Shown here in pieces: positions 7,776 through 16,783 of a stretch of DNA of 64,000 nt. Numbering within the stretch: the first letter of the stretch is position 1; each line of letters begins with the position of its first letter. Under the pieces are notes generated by a model. The model worked only from the letters and a program-made list of their open reading frames with translations. It did no database searches and was not told the origin of the DNA. Origin of the DNA: Candidatus Fermentibacterota bacterium (lineage in GTDB: Bacteria; Fermentibacterota; Fermentibacteria; Fermentibacterales; JCC-6); NCBI GenBank assembly GCA_963845085.1, contig CAWJQI010000004.1, positions 768,001-832,000 of the forward strand, given 5' to 3'. Both the position numbers and the translations under genes were made by a program.

Positions 7776-9462
7776 TTACCTCAGCAGACACACTGTTTCT
7801 GTAACGTCTCCCAGGGGGGACGACAGTACCAGCGTGTAGATGCCGGAAGGCAGCCTGCCGCCGGAATCGTCTGTTCCTCCCCAACTGAGACTATGGGATC
7901 CCGCCTGGTACTCGCCGCTTTGGATAGTTCCCACAAGCCTGCCGGAGATGTCGAAGACCCGGAGTGACGACCAGCAGGGCGAATCCAGTTCGAAGGAAAC
8001 CATTGTGTTCGAGGCGAACGGATTGGGACGGACCGACAGCACCGGACGGTAAGAGCTTCCGGGATCGGTGACTATTCCGGTCTGGGTCACCGTGAACTGG
8101 ATGGTGTCGCTTGCGGCCACGACACCGCCGGACCAGGAGTCGATGATCAGCTCGTTGCTCGCCGACCTGGGCATAGAGATCGTCACGATAGGTCCACTTC
8201 AGGCCCGTGCCGAAGGCGTAGAGGTTGCCGTCGGTGGAGCCGAAGTACATGACGCCGTCGGTGACAGAAGGTGTGCCCTGAAGACCCCACTCTCCAGGAT
8301 TCGGGTGATACTCCCAGATTATGTTGCCTGTTGCTGCATCCGCTGCGCAGATGTTGTCGTAGGGAGCGTGGCACCCTCCCCAGAATGCCACACCGTCGGC
8401 TATCGCCACCGAACCATGAAGACTGCCGGGAATGGACCATTGGATCGACCCGTCCGAGCAGGCAAGCGCAGCGACACAGCCGTCCGACGATCCGAAGCCG
8501 ATGTTCCCGCACAGCACCATATCACCAAAGACGGCGGGGGTGGGTTCAGTGGAAACGGTACCCAGCTGGGTCTCCCACTCCAGATCTCCCGTCAGTGCAT
8601 CGAACCTGTGAACCGCGCCGTCATACCCTCCGATGTAGATCTTCCCGTCAAGCAGCGTTGGAGAGGTGTCCCAGTAGCCACCCTCGGTTGCGGAGTTTGC
8701 CCAGAGGACCTCACCGGTGAGTGCGTCAAGAGCGCACAGGGGACCCATGTATGTTCCGACGAAGAACATCCCGTTCCAGCCCGCAATGCAGTTCCCGATG
8801 GCACCCTCGATCTCGCTGCTCCATGCAACAGCGCCGCTTTCCCTTATCAGGCCGAACACAGTCGTCTTGTTGGTCTGGTAGCTTCCGGTGGCGCAGGCCA
8901 CGATCCCATTCATGACACATGGTGTTCCACCTTCAAGGTCAGCGCCGTAAAAAGCCCACTGCCTCTCTCCGGTCAGCGCATCGATGCAGTAGATGGAGTC
9001 AGACGCAACGTACAGCATGCCTTCATGGCAGGCGGGAGCATCATCATGCTCTCCAATTTCGAAGCTCCAGTTCTCGGCGCCGGTCGCCGCATCGAGTGAG
9101 AAGACCTTTTCGATGCCCACGTGGTAAACGTTGCCGTCAACCACGACCGGGTTCTCGAACACATGAAGACTGTCGCATACGGGGGCGGTCCAGAGTATCT
9201 CACTGGTCATCGGGGCGGGAGATAGTGAGAAGCCCTGATGCAGATTGTTCTGCATGTAGGTTGGCCAGTCCGTACTGAGCCTTGGCACCGGCAGGAACGG
9301 TTCTCCGTTCAGGGAGAAGACCACTGAATCCGGCAGAGAGTTCTCGTTCTCGACAATTGTTTTCAACGTGAGCCAGTCGCCGTCGTAAACGCCTCCGTCG
9401 GCGGGCTCGACGATGGAAACGCTTACCGCCGATAGTATGCCGAGCAGAAGACAAACCTCCAT
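7776..9462 (-). CDS. Secreted PQQ-like (BamB-type) beta-propeller protein with Ig-like flanks and a C-terminal FlgD-Ig/T9SS-sorting-like domain; one +1 frameshift near 8160
   Basis: GGAGG plus ATG at 9462, signal peptide, DWPTYMQN, repeated (A/S)LDAxTGxxxW blades. The C-terminus PNPF...LRVFDISGRLV...WGGTDDSGGRLPSGIY is in ORF 7776..8186. Copy 1 reads QVGSNE in frame, showing one extra base here. Confidence 0.85.
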
Positions 9463-9494
9463 GAATGCCTCCATAGCGCTACAATGTGTCCGTG

Positions 9495-9523
9495 AGAATA
9501 AAGTGGAGGCAGCCGCGAGTCAA
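9495..9523 (-). promoter_or_regulatory. Sigma70-type promoter of repeat unit 2
   Basis: Minus strand TTGACT-17 nt-TATTCT, same as 7680-7708. Confidence 0.6.
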
Positions 9524-9748
9524 CGCCTCGGAAAACTCAGTGAAAGCGGGGGGCTTCAGCAGGCCTGCCGGCCTCCACTCCGGTGGTCAGGCTTTAACCG
9601 AATGGCTTTTGCCTCCGGAACCTGCCGTACGAGACGGACATCTTCCTCCCGAAATCCGGAGTAGTTAGATTCAAATGCAGGTTATCACGCACGGCCATCA
9701 TCATTCGCCTGCCCGTGTCTCGCTGCAGGATTCGGGGGTTTCGACGTT

Positions 9749-11329
9749 TTGAAGGAAACCGGCTCCGCAACATTTCGGGCTGACCACCGGCTTTCCGGCG
9801 CTTCCTGGTTCGCGCTGTTTGCCTGCGCTGTTCTTCTTGTAACGGCCGTTCTATTCTCCGGCATCAAGTTGAACAACGACGCAGCCCTGCTCCTTCAGTG
9901 CGGAAGGCTCATTGTCGGGGGAAGCGTTCCATACATCGACCATGTTGAAACGAACCTTCACATGGCCCAGTACATCCATGTTCCTCCGGTGGTTCTCGCG
10001 AACCTCCTGGGAGTGAACGCATACTGGACATTCATCCCCGGCGTTCTTGCGATCGTTCTTGCTGTCACCTGGATGGCAGCCCTCCTGCTGCGCGGCTGGA
10101 GCCGGCATTTCGATCCTCCGGGAGCTGTTTTCGTGGCAACCGCGGTCCTTCTGATATCGCTCAAGACCTTCATGAACGGTGACTTTGGCCAGCGGGAGCA
10201 CCTTTTCCTTCTTGCGCTCACGCCCTACCTGCTTGTACGTCTCGGAAGGCTTCAGGGTGTGCGGATCCGTCTCTTTTCCGCCCTCGCGGCCGGTGTGTTC
10301 ATGGGTGTGCTTTCGATGTGCAAACCTGTTTTTCTATACCAGGCAGCCCTGATCGAGGGCTGGCTCTGGCTCCGGTTCAGAAGGGCCGGGTATGGGAAGG
10401 CCCCCGAACTGCTTGCGCTCGTTTTGGTCGTGTTTCTCTCTGCAGCCCACCTTCTGCTGCTTCCCGGATCCCTTGGTTCGCCTTTCTTCACGCGCTGGAT
10501 ACCCTTTATCACCGGGGGTTACAGCGCATACAATGCCCCCCTCCCCGCCATGATCCGGGGAAACCTGCGGCAATGGCCGTTCATTCTTGGCGGGCTGGGC
10601 CTTGGAGTGCTGGCTGTACGCCGGGCTGACGGCACCTTCCGCAAAGTCATTGAAACGATGATCTTCGGGGTTCTTTCCGCGCTCGCACTGTTCTTCCTGC
10701 AGCACAAGGGATGGCTGTACCAGCTGCTGCCCGCTTACGGGCTTTCCATCCTTCTCGGGTGCATGTCGCTTTCGCACCTTCAGAGAATCAGGGGCAATCG
10801 GTTTACGGCCTGGGCCTTGCCGGCATCATGCGTTCTTGTTTCTGTTGTTTTTGCAGTCAATTCCTTTTTGCGCGCTCCGGAACGCTACGGAAGCATGGAT
10901 GGTTTTCTTTCGATAATTGAAAACCGGTCGCAACCGGGCGACCGGATAGCCTTCATTTCCACCTGCGTTTACCCCGCGTATCCCACCCTCGTCTATGCGG
11001 ACAGGCTGCCCGGCACGCGCTATCTGTCAGCCTTTCCCGTGGCTCTTCTTTACGGGCGCGCCGTTCCCGATGATTTGTCACCGTATCATTACAGCCTGCC
11101 TGAGGCGCTGAAACCCCTGGACACGCTCTTCCTCAGCGAGATAGGCCACGACATAAGGCTGTACAGGCCGGCTCTTGTATTCATCGAGGCATCGGACAGC
11201 TGCCAGGGGTGTCCCCCGGGGTTCAGGATGGATGAATACCTTGACGGGTCGGGTTGGACTCGGGAGTACCTGGCGGATTACCGCTTTCTCCGCATCACAC
11301 ACGATTTCAGGGTGTATCAGCTGGATTGA
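9749..11329 (+). CDS. Multi-pass membrane protein, possibly GT-C-fold glycosyltransferase-like
   Basis: About 11-12 hydrophobic segments. First loop has D..LL..G..I..G..PY.D..E; FGQREH, KP and QHKGW.YQ..P motifs; soluble C-terminal domain. Start uncertain. Confidence 0.55.
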   Translation: MKETGSATFRADHRLSGASWFALFACAVLLVTAVLFSGIKLNNDAALLLQCGRLIVGGSVPYIDHVETNLHMAQYIHVPPVVLANLLGVNAYWTFIPGVLAIVLAVTWMAALLLRGWSRHFDPPGAVFVATAVLLISLKTFMNGDFGQREHLFLLALTPYLLVRLGRLQGVRIRLFSALAAGVFMGVLSMCKPVFLYQAALIEGWLWLRFRRAGYGKAPELLALVLVVFLSAAHLLLLPGSLGSPFFTRWIPFITGGYSAYNAPLPAMIRGNLRQWPFILGGLGLGVLAVRRADGTFRKVIETMIFGVLSALALFFLQHKGWLYQLLPAYGLSILLGCMSLSHLQRIRGNRFTAWALPASCVLVSVVFAVNSFLRAPERYGSMDGFLSIIENRSQPGDRIAFISTCVYPAYPTLVYADRLPGTRYLSAFPVALLYGRAVPDDLSPYHYSLPEALKPLDTLFLSEIGHDIRLYRPALVFIEASDSCQGCPPGFRMDEYLDGSGWTREYLADYRFLRITHDFRVYQLD

Positions 11330-11353
11330 TCCGCTGAAAGCGTTGGAAGGGTT

Positions 11354-11377
11354 TCGGGGGGACTTTCATCCCCCCGA
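11354..11377. terminator. Hairpin between convergent genes (possible bidirectional terminator)
   Basis: TCGGGGGGA-CTTTCA-TCCCCCCGA, perfect 9-bp stem. Confidence 0.6.
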
Positions 11378-11385
11378 TCATGAAG

Positions 11386-12921
11386 CTACCGGGCTACCAC
11401 CATCCGTGTGCTGCGGGATGCTCCGCCTGAAGCCACCCTGACGGTATAGAGACCTGATGGAAGGGTGGAAACATCCACCACAGCGGTATTCTCACCGGAT
11501 GCAAGCTCAATCGTCTCACTGCGCACTGTTCTTCCCGAGATGTCGAACACCTGGAGTCGCGCCTGCGCAGGCGACTGGGTTTGAATCCTGACGGAGGCGG
11601 CAGTTGACACTGGGTTGGGGAAGACGAGGAGCCCGGTCTGCGAGAACACGGGAGAGCTTTCATCCCCGTTGATGCCGGTTTCAATCGGGCCGGCAAGGTA
11701 GGCCACTGCAGCTATGCATGCCTGGGCCATCCGGGTTCCGAAGGGGAAGTACTGCATGTAGTTGGCCATCAGGTCAGTTGTCTGGTGGTAGTAGGGGTTC
11801 TCGTAGACGCCCCGTTCGATGTTCAACATGGCGGCATAACCGTTGTACCAGAAACTGGCGTGATCACTGGCGCTGACCGGGGTTGGATCAACCTCGAGTA
11901 CCAGTGCCGGCACGTAGGTGTCGCTTATGGCCTGGAAGGCAACACCAAGAGCGGTTGATGCCGTGTTGTAGTGAAGCCATCCGATGTCGTTCCCCACGGG
12001 GCCGTAGAAGATCATGTCCATGTTGACAACACCGACGATGTCGTCGCCGGCTGCGGCCGCATTGGAAGCGTAGTACTCGCTTCCGTAGAGCCCCTGCTCC
12101 TCGCCGCCGAACAGGATGTACTTGACCGTGTACTCGAACTGGTACTGGCTCATGAGCCTTGCGGCCTCGATCACTGCTGCTGAACCGCTTGCGTTGTCGT
12201 CAGCCCCGGGAGCGTTGTAGGAGGGGTTGGGAGACGTGCTGTCGAGATGGCCGCAGATCACCCAGTAGCTTTCGGGGTAGAGCGTGCCGGTCTGGGTGGC
12301 AACGACGTTCTGGCAGTTGTAGCCGCTCATGGGGAAGGACTGGATCTCGACATCGAGCCCCATGCCCTCGAACCTGTCCTGGCTCCAGGAGCAGGCCGTG
12401 TCGAAGCCGTCGGAGTTCGAATGTCTGGTGAGGTAGTTCTGGTAATTCGTTGTGTAGGAAATGAGAGAATCCTGGTTGACCGCGGCGACGATGTCTGCCA
12501 CGATGGCGTCATATCCTTCCCTCATCGGGATGGGGATCGGGTGGGCGGGAGACCTGTTCTCCCGGAGGGGCTGGACATGATGGATTCCGGGGCGGACGAA
12601 CGGATCGGGCACAGGCCTGCCAAGGCGCACGATCAGGCTCCGGCCGTCGCGGTACACCGTCTCGCCGATTTCGGCGACATCTTCAAGGCCGCCATCGTTC
12701 CGTATCGTTACAAGTGCGTAGTCATCAAGACCCGGTGCGCCGGTATCGAGCATTCTTGCGTTCGATGTAGCTGAACCGAAAGCCACAACGTGGTCTGAGG
12801 CCCGGTAGACGATCATGAACCCGTCGGCGGCTTCCGCCTCAGGGTCGGGAATGATGAAGAGCCCTGCGCCGGCCGCCTGGGCAGCGAACAGGAGAACTGT
12901 GAGAACCGCAATCTTTTTCAT
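11386..12921 (-). CDS. Secreted M28-family metallo-aminopeptidase with a T9SS-type-A-like C-terminal domain
   Basis: Signal peptide; GHLDS, GADDNASGSAAV, GEEQGLYGS, NMDMI, SDH, YH motifs; C-terminal VFPNP...VFDISGR.V...LPSGLY. Confidence 0.92.
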   Translation of the reverse strand: MKKIAVLTVLLFAAQAAGAGLFIIPDPEAEAADGFMIVYRASDHVVAFGSATSNARMLDTGAPGLDDYALVTIRNDGGLEDVAEIGETVYRDGRSLIVRLGRPVPDPFVRPGIHHVQPLRENRSPAHPIPIPMREGYDAIVADIVAAVNQDSLISYTTNYQNYLTRHSNSDGFDTACSWSQDRFEGMGLDVEIQSFPMSGYNCQNVVATQTGTLYPESYWVICGHLDSTSPNPSYNAPGADDNASGSAAVIEAARLMSQYQFEYTVKYILFGGEEQGLYGSEYYASNAAAAGDDIVGVVNMDMIFYGPVGNDIGWLHYNTASTALGVAFQAISDTYVPALVLEVDPTPVSASDHASFWYNGYAAMLNIERGVYENPYYHQTTDLMANYMQYFPFGTRMAQACIAAVAYLAGPIETGINGDESSPVFSQTGLLVFPNPVSTAASVRIQTQSPAQARLQVFDISGRTVRSETIELASGENTAVVDVSTLPSGLYTVRVASGGASRSTRMVVAR

Positions 12922-12967
12922 GGATCACCTTTCGGAAGTGCTCAAAAAATCTCTGACTGAATATGCT

Positions 12968-13753
12968 CTACTCCACCGCGGGGATACAGTTCCCCGAGAG
13001 GTGATGAAGGATGATCGATGCACAGACGCCGGCGTTGAGGGAATCAACCCCGCCGGCCATTGGTATCGCCACGAGCCCGGAAAGGCAGGACCGCACACGG
13101 GGTGACAGGCCGTGGGCTTCAGATCCCACAACCATGCATACAGGCCTCCCGGGTGCGAAGCGCTCAAGCGGTGTACCGCCGGAATCGGCTCCCGCGAACA
13201 GGTAGCCGGGGAACCTCTGCACCAGATCCTCAAGTGAGTCTTCGGTTATCACGGGCAGAGTCATGTTGGTTCCGGCTGCGGCCCTCGTGGTCTTGGGGCT
13301 GTAGGGAAAGGCGCTGCCCGGAAGGAAGACCGCTCCGGAGCAGCCAAAAGCCAGAGCGGAGCGGATGATCGTGCCCGCGTTGCCGGGATCGGAAACTCCG
13401 TCCAGGGCGACCACCGTGCTTCCCTTGAAAACATCGTCCCCACTCCAGGAGGGCAGGGGAAAAACGGCCGCGATACCCTGGGGCGTACTTGTGGATGATA
13501 CCCGCGCGAAGACACGGGGCGCGAGCTCGATCACCTCAAAACCGGCAGCGCGGGCCTTTCCGGCTGCTGAAACGGCTTCATCGGTCGCATCCGTGCTGAT
13601 CAGCACGAACATGGGTCTAATCCTGCCGGCGCAGTCCAGAAAACGGGGTCCTTCGACAAGAAAGGCCCCGTGTTCAAGACAACCGGACGGTCGGTGAAGG
13701 GAGGCCGCCAGTTTGACTCTTCTGTTGGCGGTGCTTGTCACTGCAGGGGTCAA
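12968..13753 (-). CDS. TrmH/SpoU-family RNA 2'-O-methyltransferase
   Basis: FLVEG, TPQGI, LDGVSDPGNAGTIIRS, GSEAHG and IPM.G.VDSLN motifs. Confidence 0.92.
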   Translation of the reverse strand: MTPAVTSTANRRVKLAASLHRPSGCLEHGAFLVEGPRFLDCAGRIRPMFVLISTDATDEAVSAAGKARAAGFEVIELAPRVFARVSSTSTPQGIAAVFPLPSWSGDDVFKGSTVVALDGVSDPGNAGTIIRSALAFGCSGAVFLPGSAFPYSPKTTRAAAGTNMTLPVITEDSLEDLVQRFPGYLFAGADSGGTPLERFAPGRPVCMVVGSEAHGLSPRVRSCLSGLVAIPMAGGVDSLNAGVCASIILHHLSGNCIPAVE

Positions 13754-14733
13754 TCGGCCCCTTCCGGTACCCCGTGCTCGAGAATCGAACGGATGATGTC
13801 CTCGATCGAGGCACAGGGAGAGAAACCCACAAGGCTTTGAAGAAGTGTCACGTCGGGAACACGGCGCTGCATGTCCTCGAAATCGCCGGGGTATGCCTCG
13901 TCGTAGGGGGTCAGTTCGATCGGGGAATCGGATCCCGTGATCTCGAGCACCCTTCGTGCGAGTTCAAGGATGGTGATCTCCTGCACCGAGCCGATGTTGA
14001 TCACCCTTCCCACGGCTTCGGGCTTGTCCATGAGGGCAAGAATGCAGTTGATGACCTCCTGGACCGAGCTGAAACACCGTGTCTGCGTGCCGTTGCCGAA
14101 TACGGTCAGGGGTCTGCCCGTGAGGGCCTGGTTGATGAAGCGCGGAAGAACCATGCCGTACCTGCCGGACTGTCTTGGGCCCACGGTGTTGAACAGCCTT
14201 CCGACAACCACCGGCAACCCCCTTGCCTTGTGGTGCGCCAGTGCGAGGAACTCGTCGAGAGCCTTGCTGCATGCGTAGCTCCAGCGGCTGCGGCTTGTGG
14301 CTCCGAGCACTATGTCGCCGTCCTCCTTGAAGGGGGTCTCCCAGCTCTTGCCGTAGACTTCGCTGGTCGAGGCAACGAAGACCTTGAGCCCGTGCAGGGC
14401 GGATGCCGTGAGCACGTTCTCGGTTCCTCCGATGTTGATCTCTATGGTTTCAACCGGGCGGCGGATGATGTTCTCAACCCCCACGGCGGCAGCGAGATGG
14501 ATTACGGCGTTGCAGCAGCCGGCAAGCCTTCTGACCGCTTCGATGTCGAGCACTGAACCGCGCTCGAAGCCGAAGAGCCCGCTGCCGTCGAACTGGGCGA
14601 TGTTCGACATCCGACCCGTTGAAAGGTCGTCGAGGACCATGACGCTCTGTCCACGGGAGATCAGCGCGGAGCACATGTGCGATCCGATGAAGCCTGCGCC
14701 CCCGGTCACCAGGAAGTCGTAATGCGGCGGCAC
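13750..14733 (-). CDS. NAD-dependent nucleotide-sugar epimerase/dehydratase (extended SDR)
   Basis: TGGAGFIGSH, HLAA, ASTSEVYG, YACSK, RLFNTVGPRQ. Confidence 0.93.
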   Translation of the reverse strand: MPPHYDFLVTGGAGFIGSHMCSALISRGQSVMVLDDLSTGRMSNIAQFDGSGLFGFERGSVLDIEAVRRLAGCCNAVIHLAAAVGVENIIRRPVETIEINIGGTENVLTASALHGLKVFVASTSEVYGKSWETPFKEDGDIVLGATSRSRWSYACSKALDEFLALAHHKARGLPVVVGRLFNTVGPRQSGRYGMVLPRFINQALTGRPLTVFGNGTQTRCFSSVQEVINCILALMDKPEAVGRVINIGSVQEITILELARRVLEITGSDSPIELTPYDEAYPGDFEDMQRRVPDVTLLQSLVGFSPCASIEDIIRSILEHGVPEGAD

Positions 14734-15938
14734 TACTTGGCCACCACGCTGAGAAGAACACCCGCTGCAATGGCGCTTCCGATAACTCCGGCAACGTTTG
14801 GCGCCATCGCATGCATGAGAAGATGGTTCTTGGGATCGCTCTTCCTGCCCTCAATCTCCGCAACCCTCGCGGAGTCGGGCACGGCTGAAACGCCCGCAGC
14901 GCCGATGAGCGGGTTGATCTTGTTGTCGCCCTTAAGAAAGAGGTTCATGAACTTCGCAAAGAGCACGCCCCCGGCTGTGGCAATGGCAAAACTGAAAGCT
15001 CCAAGAGCAAATATCTTGATGCTGTCGAACGTGAGGAAATACCGTGCCTGCGTGCTCGTGCCCACGCTGAAGCCGAGGATGATCACCACGATGTTGTTGA
15101 GGGCGCCCTGCGCGCTGTCGGCGAGGCGTCTTGTGACCCCGCTCTCCTTGAGAAGGTTGCCGAAGAACAGCATGCCCAGGAGGGTGATGGCGCCCGGCGC
15201 GATGAACGCAGTGACGATGAAGGCAACTATGGGGAAGAGGATCTTCTCGGTCTGGCTGACCACCCTGGCGGGCTTCATCCTGATAAGGCGCTCTTCGCGA
15301 GTCGTAAGGAGGCGCATGATGGGCGGCTGGATTACCGGAACAAGGCCCATGTACGAGTAGGCAGCGATGGCAATCGCCCCGAGAAGGCCCGGTGCAAGCT
15401 GGCTGGCCAGGAAGATCGCCGTCGGGCCGTCGGCTCCGCCGATGATGCCTATCGAGGCGGCCTGCCGGAGGTCGAATCCCAGGAACAACGATCCGATGAG
15501 CGTGACAAAAATTCCGAGCTGGGCGGCTGCGCCGAGAAGGAGCAGCTTCGGGTTTGACAAAAGGGCGCTGAAATCGGTCATGGCGCCTATGCCGAGAAAG
15601 ATCAGAGGGGGGAAGAGACCGCTGCTCACGCCGAAGTAGAACATCCTGAAAACGGACTGCTGACTGCCGAGAACATCGAGGTAGCCGATGGGCATGAGGT
15701 CGGGATTGTAGGGCATGTTCCCCGCCAGTATCCCGAAGCCGATCGGGACGAGAAGAAGGGGTTCATAATCCTTTTTTATGGCAACGTAGATCATTGCAAG
15801 CCCGATGATGATCATTACGATGTTTCCCGGCTCAAGGAGAAGAAAGCCCGTATTCTCGAGGTAACTGAGCAGATCGAGGTCGCCGACGCCAGCCTGCGCA
15901 CCCGTCAGATAAAGGAGCAGCCTGGAGAGAGAGGACAT
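14733..15938 (-). CDS. mmdB: Na+-translocating decarboxylase beta subunit (OadB/MmdB)
   Basis: EPLLLVPIGFG, FPPLIFLGIGAMTDF, GAAAQ.GIF, IGIIGGADGPT, AYSYM, GVSAVP, NVAGVIGSA. Confidence 0.95.
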   Translation of the reverse strand: MSSLSRLLLYLTGAQAGVGDLDLLSYLENTGFLLLEPGNIVMIIIGLAMIYVAIKKDYEPLLLVPIGFGILAGNMPYNPDLMPIGYLDVLGSQQSVFRMFYFGVSSGLFPPLIFLGIGAMTDFSALLSNPKLLLLGAAAQLGIFVTLIGSLFLGFDLRQAASIGIIGGADGPTAIFLASQLAPGLLGAIAIAAYSYMGLVPVIQPPIMRLLTTREERLIRMKPARVVSQTEKILFPIVAFIVTAFIAPGAITLLGMLFFGNLLKESGVTRRLADSAQGALNNIVVIILGFSVGTSTQARYFLTFDSIKIFALGAFSFAIATAGGVLFAKFMNLFLKGDNKINPLIGAAGVSAVPDSARVAEIEGRKSDPKNHLLMHAMAPNVAGVIGSAIAAGVLLSVVAK

Positions 15939-15941
15939 TGC

Positions 15942-16385
15942 TCAGCCCCCAATGCTCATGATGATGGCGTTCTCAAGAACCGTGTCACCCTCGTGAACCG
16001 TGATCCTTGTTACCACGCCCGCATGAGGTGATTCGATCTCGTTCTCCATCTTCATGGCTTCCATGATGGCCACGATCTGGCCTTTTTCAACCTTGTCCCC
16101 CTGTTTGACCATTATCTTGAGCATGTTGCCCGGCAGCGGGGAGAGGATGTCACCCTTGCTCTGGTGTTCACCCGGAGCAAAGGTTCTGTCGGGTGAGGCG
16201 GAAGCGTCGTGAACCCTCTTCTCCCTGACGATGGTGGGGGTTTTGGCGGGTTTTCTGGCGGACGATTCGACTGTGGCGGTGAACGTTCTGTCCCCGAGCC
16301 TGACCTCGATCTGGTCGTCCTCAAGCCGCCCGATACCCACGGTATAGGTATTCCCTCCAATGGTAACGGTGTATTCTGGCATCAC
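15942..16385 (-). CDS. mmdC: Biotin carboxyl carrier subunit of the decarboxylase
   Basis: C-terminal biotinyl domain with EAMKMENEI; located between the OadG-like and beta subunits. Confidence 0.92.
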   Translation of the reverse strand: MMPEYTVTIGGNTYTVGIGRLEDDQIEVRLGDRTFTATVESSARKPAKTPTIVREKRVHDASASPDRTFAPGEHQSKGDILSPLPGNMLKIMVKQGDKVEKGQIVAIMEAMKMENEIESPHAGVVTRITVHEGDTVLENAIIMSIGG

Positions 16386-16783
16386 GATCTCCTGTCCCTG
16401 AGCCTGATGCCGGTTCTGGCGAGCAACATCTTCGCCCTACCGGCAAGCCTCCAGGGTGAGTAAGGTTTTTCATGGTCCTGCCACGTCATCTTTCTTTCAT
16501 GCTCCCTGTCCAGGTGCACGAAATGGGCATGAACGGCGGAAGTGATCGCCGCGACCTCTTCAGGGGTAAGGCAGGAAGCGGCGGGGGCCTCACCCTTCCT
16601 GACAACGGGCGCCGTTTTCTTTGGCTCCACAAGGCGTCGAAGCACGGGGAGCAGGAGGGCCAGAACCAGCAGCCCCGCGAAAACCGCTGCGAGCCCGAGC
16701 CAGGTGATCTGCACTCCGATGCTGATCAGGTTTGAATCCACCGGTGCGGAAACCAGGGTGTCTGCCATCGTCGAAGAGATCAT
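16382..16783 (-). CDS. OadG/MmdD-family membrane subunit of the decarboxylase
   Basis: Single TM ([12 protein letters not shown]), Pro/Ala linker, [18 protein letters not shown]. Confidence 0.85.
   Translation of the reverse strand: MISSTMADTLVSAPVDSNLISIGVQITWLGLAAVFAGLLVLALLLPVLRRLVEPKKTAPVVRKGEAPAASCLTPEEVAAITSAVHAHFVHLDREHERKMTWQDHEKPYSPWRLAGRAKMLLARTGIRLRDRRS

Larger units (their letters stand above)
5848..9554. repeat. Tandem direct repeat: two ~1.8-1.9 kb gene-containing units plus the start of a third
   Basis: Junction motif AAGCGG(G/A)..GC-TTC at 5848, 7729 and 9544. By eye, ~5848-6345 nearly matches ~7729-8225, and ~7480-7735 nearly matches ~9295-9550. The central parts are homologous but divergent. 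Confidence 0.93.

Noticed and set aside
7776..9462. PQQ-dependent dehydrogenase or true BamB
   Set aside because: Only the generic propeller repeat is present. There is no lipobox or BAM context, it has a sorting-type tail, and no PQQ pathway genes are in the window.
5848..9554. Diversity-generating retroelement, integron or CRISPR array as the explanation for the repeat
   Set aside because: No reverse transcriptase, IntI or cas genes. The differences are not adenine-specific, the units are gene-sized with their own promoters, and there are no short regularly spaced repeats.
5749..9700. Prophage or integrative element at tRNA-Ser
   Set aside because: No integrase, phage or transposase gene, and no duplicated tRNA 3' end (att site) was found by eye.
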